Made by a program: the position numbers and the translations under genes. The notes beneath the pieces were generated by a model that was given only the letters and a program-made list of their open reading frames with translations, ran no database searches and was not told the origin of the DNA. Below, piece by piece: positions 13,233 to 24,700 of a DNA stretch of 64,000 nt; position 1 is the stretch's first letter; each line of letters begins with the position of its first letter. Source of the DNA: Cyanophora paradoxa CCMP329 (lineage: Eukaryota > Plantae > Glaucophyta); contig QPMI01000150.1 in assembly GCA_004431415.1 (NCBI GenBank), positions 155,668-219,667 on the forward strand, given 5' to 3'.

Positions 13233-14384
13233 TTTACAGCTAGCGCTGTGCACATATAGAAGAAACTTCAACGAATTTAACGCAGTTGAATTCGCATGGC
13301 TTGCGATTGCGCATGCGGGGGTTCGGGCCGGGGCAGGCCAAGGAGAGCGGACAGGATGGAGAGCTAGCGACGGGGCGCGCGGGAAGGGGCCCCCCGGGGG
13401 GAGGGGGGAAGGGAGGGGGAGGGGAGGGGGGGGGGCGGGGAGGGCCGGGGAGGGGGTTGGTGGAGGAGGGAGAGCCAGAGGGCTATGGTGGCATGGGGCG
13501 CGTCAGAACGGGCGCCACGCGCGCGGATTCGAGATCTAGAAGTGTAGATGCTACCCTGATCATGATTATGAGGGCCCTCCCAGCTGCAGCCTGGGAACGA
13601 TTTGCATTATAATTACGCGGCGCTCTTTCATCACCTTCGTGATCCCGCACTAATTCTACCTGGTCCCACTCCGCGTAGGCCTTAGGCTTGCAGCGGGAGG
13701 CCCACGTCCGACGGTCGTGTGAGCCTGCTCGCCATATCGGTGAGGCCCGGCGGCCCGCAGGCCCAGCCTGGCAGCTGCAGCCTGCTAGCCGCCGCGGCGC
13801 TGAACCTGCCAGAGGCTGACCAGCCCCCTATTCAAAGCTAGCCCACGCTCCCCCAGCCCTCAGGGCCTCGCGGTCGCCTTCTCCTGCCGCAGCACTGCGG
13901 CACTAGTGCGCCCCATCCCCCGACCCCCCCCCGACCCCCCCCCCCCCCCCCGCCCCCCCCCCTTCCCACTGGGCCAGAGCTCGTCCATTCCCTCGACCTC
14001 GAGCTCGAGCGCCTCGCTCATGATCTCATGATCATCAATTCCCTGGACGTCGCCTCAAACTCCTCCCTCCGAGGCTCTCTTCTACGTCCGGCCGATCCGC
14101 GCCGCTGGAAACAGCGTTTGTTTTTGCGCCGCTGGAAACAGCGGCGCGTACGCGTACACGTGGGAAGGGGGGACATACGATCTGTTTTTCTTTTATCTCC
14201 TCGAGCTCCCTCTAGATCTCGTGCTTCTCTTTCTTTTGGAGCGAAAATTAAGAGAAAATTAAAAGTTTCCGAGAAAGGAGGGAATTTAAAGCTTCGACAT
14301 TCTAGCTATAGATCTCCCATCGATCTATCCTCATCGGCGACACGCGAATGCCGCGCGGGCGCTCTGGTTGCAGCGCCACCGGCC

Positions 14385-17300
14385 ATGGCCAGAAGTCGAA
14401 GAGCTCCTTCTGCGCCTGCTGTATGCGCAAAAAGCTTTTGAATCTGAGTCCGGATTCTTCGACGGCGCATTCGGCGGGTGGCGATGCCGAAGCACATCAC
14501 AACGAGGCTCTGCAGCTGCGACTGGCGTTGCTTATGTGCGACCTTGTGGATGAAGGCGCTCCCTCTCCGCACTTTCATACGGATCCGGAGGCGCACCTCG
14601 ACCGGGACGAGATTTACGAGCTCTGGGGCGTGAAGCCCGCAAAGGAGTCTCTCGAAGCGTTCTTGCGCATCATTGGCCTTGCGGCGCGCGGAAAAGAGGA
14701 CGAGGCGTTCGCCTCCATCGAGGTTCGCGCCAATCAAATTTGAAATATTAATCGCTTTGGTTTTTGGCGCGCACTGTTATTTAATCATGCCCAGGATTCG
14801 GTGCTTCGAAGTCCAGAAGGCGAGTGCATTCGTGCAAACGTCGAGGCGCTCGTTTATCGTCTTGTTTCGCTGGCCTTTCGGGATCATTCCATCGGGCTGC
14901 TGTCGGACGTGATGCTTGGAGCCAAAACGAGCGGCATGGCGCGTCGCCTGCATGCCTTCAATGTCATCGCGAGATCGCGAATGTTATTAATACCCTTTTG
15001 CAGCGCGGATTAATCTGTGCGCACGAAGAGTTCGGAGAGGACAGCGTCGAGCACGGGCAGGCGATCATCAACTGTGCTGGGTTTCTTGACAAGCTTGCTT
15101 CAGCGGAGGTAAATATCTATGCGCATCCGGATCCAGTTCGAGTACCTCGCAACTTCTACTTATGAGCGGATTCGATTGCGCAAACGTTTCCCTCGCCAGG
15201 AATTGAAACTCGATAACGACGCGCGTGGAGAGGCTCGAGAGGAATTGCGCGCGAAGGCGCGGAGCAATTACAAGGTACTTTCAAGTTCATTTGCTCGCGA
15301 TCGTTTTCAAGCAGATCTAGACGTCGATCATTACGTATACGTATACATAAATCGAATTGTTCTCGTAGCTTATTTCTAAGTGACTTATTTCTGGATACAG
15401 GAAGCCATCAGCATCTTGGAAAAAGATCAAAGTCAAGGGTTGCATGTGCAGCACAGCCTTGTTCTGGCGTTAGTAGGCGCGGGCGGCTTCGCTCGCGGTG
15501 ATTCGTACAGCTGGTGCGGAGTTCATGAATCTTGCTATTGGTGCGCATCGCATCTAGATCTAGATCTGAGCTTTGCAAGTCCTAGATCGAATATTTGACG
15601 CTTTCGCTTTTGCAGGGCGTTGAAAGAGTTTCTTGATCCCAAACGGCGCATGCAGCTCCAGTCCGGAGCCCGCGAAATTTCGTTGGACGAGTATGGGGCG
15701 ACACTCAGCTATCTTCAGGCACGCACTGAACTTAAATTCATGAAAATCGAATAGAACCCACCCACGCGTATGAGCCTATTATAATTAAGCTTGAACACGC
15801 ACGTGTACGTATGCCTATACCTTCCGGATCTGCGCAGCGCGCTCTGCAGATTATTGAATCCCAATCGTCGACGTGCAAGCTTTTCGATCACGAGCGGGTC
15901 GTCGTGCTTCTCGACATTGCGCTTTCCCATGCCGAGGCGCGGCAACTCCCTCTGGCAATCCAGACAACCGAGGTGCGCCGGGTGTTTGCAGCTGCGCAAG
16001 CGGGCTTGCTGCATGCTGGTGTTCATTTAATTTGCGACTCGCGCCCGACGTCGCAGCGGGTGTTGGAGATGTGCATGCAGCGATTCGAGCAAAGGAGGAT
16101 TAGCGGGGACGAAATTGTCGTTGAGTGGAGACTACTTGTGCGAAGCTCTCCAGAACATTCGTTTTATTATTTATCGTGGGTTGCAATTGTTTTGAGGAAT
16201 CGATCCGCAGATGGAAATTGCATTTCACTACACGAATATCCTTGTCGATTCGGGACTCTTCTCCAGCCCGACTTTAGCGCCCATTCTCGAGGCAGGCCTA
16301 TGTAATAAGAATGAGAGCTGGTGCGTAGAGCTAATGTGGAGGCTCACCGGCCCGCAGGTATTGGAATATGTGGCAGACCTCTACCGGGAGAAGAATTCGC
16401 TTGGCGATTTGCGCGATCGGCGTGTACCTGCATATGCATACTCGGACCACATTGATCACGAGACACGATCGAGACGAATTGAACGCTTACGCGATAATCT
16501 AGCATTGTGCAGGCGAGCTAGCGCTTCGTTCAGTCGACGTCTCGGAGCTCGAACTTTATGATTCCGATCTCATGATCAACCGGCATGTGCACGTCTCTGA
16601 CGTACGCGTCCACGCTCGAATTCACGCGCAGGCTGGGTTCTCAGGCTGTTCTCCGCGCCACTTTGCGCCCTTGCGTCACACGTGCGGATGCTTCAATTAT
16701 TTATTATAGCATATATTTGTATACGTGAGAATTCCGTGCCGGCACCTGCCGGCCGCGGTCACGATACATTGAACAGCATTGACGTTCATGATCAGGCAAT
16801 GGCCCGGAGCAGCAGCTTAATGACGACAGAGAAGTCTCACGGCTGCTTCAAGCAAAGAAGCTGGATCATCGCGTCATGAGCCAAATCAAACCATGGCTGG
16901 AGAAGACAGAGGCTGAAAAGCAGCGTCGAAATGCCGAAATGCGGCGCCAGGAGGATGTGGCGAGGAGCCAAGCAGCCCACGCCCACCTCGTCTCTCTTTG
17001 TGCTATTTGCGCCGATTCACAGGTTCGCAGGCTCAGTTGCGCTGCTATGAATATTGTTGCCTCATTAATTTCGCCTTCGGAATTCGTTGATTACCTGCTG
17101 CACCCGCAGCCTGGTTCGCACACATCTGTATCAGAGGCCGAACTTGCGAAGGCGGTGGCGAATGCAGCCCGCGCCGGCCTCGGGGGATCGCAGGCCTTGG
17201 TCGAGGCGAACGCTCACCTGCAGACAATGCAGCGCCGGCGGGAGGCCACACAGAGACTCGAGGCGGCACTCTCAGCTGCGGACGGGGAGGCGAGCTCCGG

Positions 17301-19382
17301 GCCGGCGGAGGCCGCCCGGGCTCTCTCCGCAGCTGTGCAAGGGGCGGAGGAAAGCGGGGCCAGCAGTGCGTCTCCCCTCGTGCAGCGTGCCGTGGCGCGG
17401 CTCGCGGTCCTCCAGGAGGCGGTTCGTTATCAACGCTCAACGATGCCGAATTCTAGATCTGCGATGCAGAGGTTTCTAACGCATGCCCAGGTCGGCGCTG
17501 TGGCGGCGGCCGAGTCGTCCATTCGAGACATCGAGCTGGCCACCTCCAGCTCGCCATCGAGTAGTATTTCCCTGTCACCATCCGCCGGCGAAGTCGCGGA
17601 GAATGCGGCGCGGACGTTAGCGTCAACGGGTTTCGCAGCTTTGGTTCGTCATTGCTTTAGGATTCGCTATTAAATTGAAAAACGTTAACGGAATTTCTGG
17701 AATTTTATGCTCACATACACTCAGGCTGCAGATCTAGATGTGAGGGCTCGACTCACCCAAGCGATTTCCTGGAGTCTCGCAGTCGCAGAGGTCTGTGAAG
17801 CAGCTGCGGCTGCAGCTGCAGCTGCGCATGCTGATGCAGTTCATGTATTATGGATTATCCAGCTGCCGCGATATCGATGTTAAACATTTGCCGGAACATT
17901 GCAGTTAATGCGCCGTTTAATTCTCGCAGGTGGCGACGGCTTCTGCCAGCAGCAGCGTATTGCAGCTGCGCGAGGCGGTCAAGGCGCTGGAGGCTCTGGG
18001 GGCTTCCAGCTCCCCGGGGGGCCAGATCTCCGCCGCCCGCCTGGCGCAGCTGAGCAGCGCTCGCGCGGTATGTATGCATTAATATTCCTATATCGCAATT
18101 CTTCGATCGCGAAATTGGCTTTTAGAATTCTACCGCTATAGCTACTTATTAAACGGACAGGAGCTCGAAAAGAACGTGCAGGCAGCCCGGGAGCGAGGGC
18201 GGGCGGCGCTGCGGGAGGGGACGGATCCGGAGGCGGCGGCGGGGGCGGCGCTGGCGGAGGCGATCGCCGCGGGGGACGCCGAGCTCCGCCGCGAGTGCGA
18301 GGCCCGCCTGAAGAGCCTGAAGCTCGAGGCGCGCCTGGACCGATCCGGATCCCGCTCTGCATCAATATTAATGCGCATGCGGTGTATTTGACATGGCTTT
18401 GACACATATGCATCATCAGCAGGCGAGATCGACCTCGAAGGACCGCACGATCGCTTCTACGGGCGATGGGTCGGCGACCTTCGCTACGGAGTCCCCAGAG
18501 TGGGAGGTGAGGCAGAAATTGGATTATATATAATTAGTGCGCGTGTTCGAAGTGTCTGCCTTGTGATTTTGGATGTTTGCCGTAGGAGGCCATGGCGTGC
18601 AGGCCGGAGCGGGCGGTTCTCATCAGCGGGGCGACGACAGAGGCTATTTCGCGGGTCCTCCTTGAAGCAAACCGTAGCGCGGTGAGCTCGACCAATCCGA
18701 TATAGCAGCAGTGACTTGGATGAACGTTAACGCCTCTAGCGCCGCTTATCATTATCGAGCTCCCGCGAAATCGGCTAATTGGATGCGCTCGCTTCAGACG
18801 CTGGAGGCAGTCGTCCCTGGCGCAGCGCTAGCGGGCGGGAAGCCGAGGGCGCTGGCGGTTTTCGCAACCGCCGACGCGGCGCGTGCGGCAGCGGCCCTCC
18901 TGCCCGCCTCCGTGGCCTGCAGCTGCACGGCGGTGCTCCTCGGGGAGCTTGCGCCCGTCCAGACGCGAGCCGCGGGGCCTTCGAAGCAGCCAGCGCCGAC
19001 GCCTCGGCCCAAGAATTCGAAGAAGCGAACGAAGCAAGGGCGATATTCGCTCCGCGAGTTCCTTTCCATTCCCCTCCCTGCTGCCGGTCGCGAGGATCCT
19101 GGGGGCTCGAGCCGGGAGTCGAACATTGGCGCAGGCGTGCGCTCGGACGTCGACGATCGGCATCCCGAGCTCGAGGCACCCGAAATTCAGGTCGAGAGTA
19201 CCGAGGCGCAGCCCTCGCTCGAGCTCGCGCCCTGCGTCTCGCCATGGAGGAGCCCAGCGGGGCGGCCCGGCAGCCCGCGGCCAGCAGAGCGGCCGGCAGC
19301 GCTGCCCGCGGCTGCCAGCGGAACAGACGCGGACGCCGACGCGGAGGAGGCTGCTCTCCTGGAAGCCCTTCTGCAGTGGTGA
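14385..19382 (+). CDS. Multi-exon hypothetical alpha-helical (TPR-like) protein
   Basis: Chain of plausible plus-strand exons (LRLALLMCDLVDEG, AHEEFGEDSVEHGQAIINCAGFL, YKEAISILEK, MSQIKPWLEKTEAEKQRR, ...EEAALLEALLQW*) separated by AT-richer introns. No family recognised. Confidence 0.45.
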
Positions 19383-19680
19383 AATCGCGGTGCCGATCGA
19401 TCATCGGAAAGCGAGCCCCAAGCAAAGTCTTCAGTTTTGCTTTCTTAAATTGGCCCGTTAACAATAGATATCGATATCGATTGATCCAAGTGCAATTTCA
19501 AACGGTGATTTACTCATGCACTCATGACTGTTCAGTAAATTCCTAGCTATAGGCCTGTTTTATAATTACAGAAGCAAGGATTTAAGCTTCTTAATATCGT
19601 GAGGCGCACTACGAGTTATTCGTAATCTCTAATTCACGGGAGCCGTGGCCCGAGGGGAACCGGGAGCCCGCAGTTCGAAT

Positions 19681-21490
19681 TCAGTCGAAAATAGGGGAGA
19701 AGCCCTGAAAAGGCTTGCAGCAGGTGGGACACCTCTTGGACATCTCAGCGTGTTCCTGGGCGCAGTGTAGACAGAAGACGTGGCCACAGCCCAGGAGGAG
19801 TCGCCGCTCCCCGTGGTCCTTGTCCTCCAAGCAGATCTGCATGCGCAGGGTAGATCACAACTGCAGATCATCCAATTCCGAGAAGAGACTGAAAGGGCGC
19901 ACGGGGCACTCATATGTTTCTTCAAGCTCAAGGCGCCTTCGCTTGACGCGCCTCTCGATCCGATCGACTAGACGATCCTCCATTTGCGTCAAAACCTGGC
20001 CCCAATCTTTCATTGCGCATTTAAAGAAGTCCTCGCAGGATGCAAGCTGTTCAGCTACGTGCCGATGAATTGTTTCCAGCCGTCCAACTTCTAGATCTCC
20101 CTCCAATGCTGCAGTCTGCAAGTTCACATGCTGAACAATGCTTGGAAGCGAGGAAGTCGAATTTGATAGCTCAGATGGCTGTAAAGCTTGCGACGTCGAC
20201 TGATCACGAGGAGCCATTGAAGGGTGTATATGTTGCAGTTGTGGACGTCCTGGTGATTGAAGACCGTGCACAGGAAATGTTGATGCGGTTGCCAAGCTTG
20301 AGTCTGCAGCTGTCGGTGCCGGAGCAGCAGGAGATGTGGCGGTGTGCATATTCGAATTCCGCCGCTGCATAACTTCCAACACAAAACTGATCTGCGCAAA
20401 AGGGCCCGGAAACATGAGCAGTAGATCGAAGAGGTTTCGCATCGCAAGTTCCGAAAACTCACAAGATCTTGCATCTTTCCCAGTGCCGACATTGCAGGAA
20501 TTTGATGAGGAGAGTTCGAGTAATTGGTTTGAATCACTCTGACCTGTGGATTTAATTAATTAGGTTTATGTAAGTTAGCAAGTGCAGAGCCCGAGCTTGC
20601 TGCATGGGGAAATTAAAAGATCGGCGCACGTAAAACCGTATCTCTTCACGGGCTTTTTCTCCTTTTTTGATTTGATCTTGGAGTTGCAGATCTGGTGAAT
20701 GAGGCGGCAGCAGCTGGTATTGGTTCAGGAGGCTCTCCTGTACGTGTAAAGGATGTAAGCAGCTGCAGATAGATCAGATGAGCAGAATTTCGAGAGGTAT
20801 ACACACAATCCAGCTCTGCACAGCTGCCTGTGCCTCGAAAATCTTTCCTTGGGCCTGAATCTCCATTATCTGCGAATAGTGTGCCGCAGTGCGCAAGCAT
20901 GCATGTTAATGGATGGATAAATCAAATACGAGCCCGAGATCTAGAAAACTGAAAGATCTAGCCACAGCTATAGTGAAAATATTATAATTAATGGATCAAG
21001 GCAAGAATCGAAGAGAGGACTGGGGATCTCATACCTTGGCAAGGCTATGCTGGCGTTCATCATCTGATGTAGCAAGATCCAGCTGTAGAGTACATGCACC
21101 GGCGCTGTACATAAGAATGTTGCTCGCGATCGCTGCTCTGGTGCCGGAGGCCTGAGCTTGAGCATGCATCTGAGAGCCAGTCGCGATCGCTGGATCCGGA
21201 GCATGCATATGGAAGAGTCCGGTTGATGGCAATATTGTATTGTGAGCACGAGAGGTCTTCGGCTTGTTCGAATTCTGCTCCATAAGTACTAATGTCGACT
21301 TGACGCGCACGTCAACAAGTCAACTGAGGGCTAATTTGCAGGCAAGAATGACCGAGGAGTGTCTCGCAGCCGCTTTATAGGCCGGGCTTTTTTCTCAGAT
21401 TTCGGCCCAACTGTTTTTCGAGTCCTAGGAGCCAGCAATTTGGAGTCGTAGGAGCCAAGTCCTAGGAGGCACACACATCTTAGGAGGCAT
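19681..21490 (-). CDS. C-terminal RING-HC (C3HC4) finger protein, putative E3 ligase
   Basis: Spliced C-terminus YECP|ICLEDKDHGERRLLLGCGHVFCLHCAQEHAEMSKRCPTCCKPF...* with the stop at 19681-19683. The 5' boundary is uncertain. Confidence 0.65.
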
Positions 21491-21735
21491 TTGGAAGCAA
21501 CGAAGCGCAAGGAAGCGCAAGAAAGAGCGTGCACGACATCACGCGGCGCTATTACGTCGTAAATCTAGCGCAAGGGGGAGCGTTCGTGAACTTTTAAAGA
21601 GGCCCCGGCCTATTCTTAGTAAGCTGGGGTACACTTCAAGATCCGAGGGCCGGGTACAGTCGCGGCCAAGTCAACGAGCCGCTAGCCGATTTCGGGCAAG
21701 CAGGCCTGCGCAGGAGCGCTTCGCCCGCGCCGCGG

Positions 21736-24700
21736 ATGGCTCCGGCGCCGGTGCCGACGCCGCGGGCGCTGCCGACGGCGCTGCGGCCCGAAAACCACGG
21801 CGCCTGCGACTTCGGTGCGCCCCGCCGCGTGCGCGTGCCGCGGTGGACGACCCTCTGTGCTTCTGGGTCTTGTTTCATCCCACCTCGTCGCTCCCTGCGG
21901 CGTTCGGCCTGACCGGTCCTCGCTCCTTTCGCAGGCGCCTCGGCGCTCTTCGCGTACGGGTGCGGCGCGGCGGTCGTTGTAGTGGAGCCGCGCTCGGGCC
22001 AGGTTCGGCGCCCGCCGGGCCCGGCTGCCGCCTTCCGCCGCCGACCGGGCGCCCGGCAGGTGCTGCAGACCCTGGACGAGCACGGGGCGGCGGTGACGGC
22101 GGTGCGCTGGGCGCCGGAGGGGCCGCTGCAGGTGGTGGGCGAGCCGGCGTCGTGCGCGCGGCTGGCGGCCGGCGACGCGGCCGGCGCCGTGGTCGTGTGG
22201 GACGCCCTCGGCGGCCGCCCGCTGCAGCGCTTCCAGGACAGCAGCCTCCTCCGCTGCTCCGTCTCCGACCTCGCCTGGCACCCAGGCAGCCGCCCCCTCC
22301 CTCCCCGCCAGGCGGCCGGGGGTCTGAGGGCGGGGCAGAGGACGGGTCGCTGCTGCTCTCGCTGCACGCGCCGGGGACGGTGTCGCTGTGGAGCACGCGG
22401 GGCCGCTGCCGCGTGGCGCGCCACGACGCCGGCGAGCGCCTCGCCGCCGCCGCCTTCAGCCCCTTCGACCCCGCCCAGCTCTGCCTCGCCGCCCCACGCG
22501 TCCGCCCCGCCCTGCCGTGCCCGCGCCGACCGCGCCCGCCGCTGAATTGCCCCCCGCAGGGATGGGTCGGGTTCCTCTCGTTCGACCCCGCCGCCGCCGC
22601 CTCCGCCGGCTCGCAGCCCGCCCCGCGCCTCGGCTTCGAGGTCCGCCTGCCCCGTACCCCTCCCCCGCTCCCTGCGCCGCTCAAAGAGCGGTACCCCCAG
22701 GTCGGGCCGAAGTACCAGGTCTCCTCCCCCCCGGCCGGCGCGGCGGGCGGCGCCGCGGAGGCCTCCGACCTGCAGGCCCGCCCCGCCCTCCGCGCTCCTC
22801 CCCCTGTGTACCCCCTCTCTGACCCGTACCCCGCGCAGGCTGTCGCGTACGTACCCTTCGCGAGGGACCTCATCTATCTCGTCCTCTCACGGTGCGCACT
22901 GCGGTGGCGCTGTATTCGCGTACCCCCTCCGCCTTTTTGCCGAGCGGCGTACCCTCCCCCTGCAGGGAGCTGGCGGTATTCGATTCGGCACTGGGGCAGG
23001 TCGTCTGCTCGACGCCCCTCGATCGCAAGCGCGTACCCCCCGATCTTGTACCACCATCTCCGTACCCTCTAAACCGACCCTGCCCGTACCCCCTCGCAGG
23101 TGCTCCCCCTTCGCGTACGTTCTGCCGTGCCGCCACCGCGAGGACCTCCTGCTCTCTGTCCACCGCGTACCCCTCTCCCCTGCCTCCCTCCCGTGCACCC
23201 CTCCCTGCTTTAAACCGACGCATCGCCTGCAGGACGGGTCGCTGGGGGTGTGGACGGCGCGCGGGGGCGAGCCGGGGTCGGCCAACGCCCTCTGCTACGA
23301 CCTGCTCCACTCGGGCGAGCTCATCAAGCAGGCGCCGCCCCGCCCCGCCCTGCCCGCCCCGCCATGCCATGCCCGGCTGACTCGGCGGGGGGCAGTACCG
23401 GCGTGGGGGCACGGCGCTGGCGGGGGCGCGGAACTGCGCGCTGGAGGAGACGGCGGTGGCGTGCGTGAGCAGCGACGGGCGCGTGTGGCTGTGGGACGTC
23501 GACGCCGCCGCCGCCCTGCGCGGCGCCCGCCGCGGGGCGCGCCTCTCCCTCGCCGCCCTCTGCGAGGCCGCCCCGGCCCGCGCGACGGCGGTGGACGCGC
23601 TGCCGGGCGCGGGCGCGCTGGCCCTCGGCCTCGCCAGCGGCGAGCTGCTCGTCCTCGAGCCCGGCACCCTCGCCCTCAGGCCCGCCCGCGCGTCCCCTTC
23701 GTGGCGGGCCGCCTCTGAGTCGCCCCCGCAGGCACCGCGTGGCGCTGGGGAAGGAGCCCATCCGCGGGGTCGCGTGGGTCGACCCCTGCACCCTCGTCGC
23801 CTTCGGGCGCGCCCGTACCCCGCCCCGCCCCGCCCCGCCCCTCCTCCGCGCCCGCTCATTCCCCCCAGGCACGAGGAGCTGCAGCGGGCGACGGGGGGCG
23901 AGAAGGACCACCGCGAGCGGGAGCGGGATCGGGAGCGGGAGAAGGGCGGCGGGGGCGGGGCGGCACCCCCGCCGCCCCCGCGCCGCATGTTCAAGTGCCC
24001 CCCGCCCTCCGCCCCGGATCGCTCGCCGCGCCTCACCGCTCGCCCCGGGCAGGAACTTCTGCGTGCTGGTGGACCTGCGGACGGGCCACGCGGGGGAGCT
24101 GCGCGCCGAGGCCGCCGCGGGCGCCTCCCTCCAGGCCGGCATCTCCCGCGGCCGCGGCGTGCGCCCGCCCCGCCCCGGCGCCTTCTTTGAGACAGGACCC
24201 GCCTCTGAGCACGGGCCCGGGCTCAGGCGGGCGGGGGCGAGGAGTCGTCGGACCTCTACCGCGTCCGGCCCTCCCCCTCCGGCCCCTTCCTCGCCGTCCT
24301 CCCCCGCGACAAGGTACCCCGCCTCCACGAACTCCGTTCTCTATTTGTCCGTTCATCCCTCTCGGGGCAGCCGCTGGAGCTGTGGGACCTGCGGGGCCCC
24401 CGCCTCGCCCGCGCCTTCGGCCAGGTGCCCCCTGCCCGCAGCCCGCCAACAAAGCACGTGAGCGTGCGCCCCTCTAAGAAGCGGAGCAGCACGGGCCGGC
24501 GACGGCGCTGGCCTGGCTCGCCCCCGATCGCTTCCTCTTCGCCACCGCCGACGGCGCCCTCCGCCAGGCCCGCCCTCTCCTCCCTCCCCTTCCTTGTCCC
24601 CCGCCCCTCACTCCCGCCCCCCCTCAGTTCCGCATCGACGAGGGCAGCGTCGCCTTCGGCTCCGAGTCCCCCATGGCCCGCCCCCGTACCCCTCCGGCTT

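Noticed and set aside
18420-18690. MORN-repeat call from RFYGRWVGDLRYG..GHGVQ
   Set aside because: It is a single degenerate match, too weak to name the gene.
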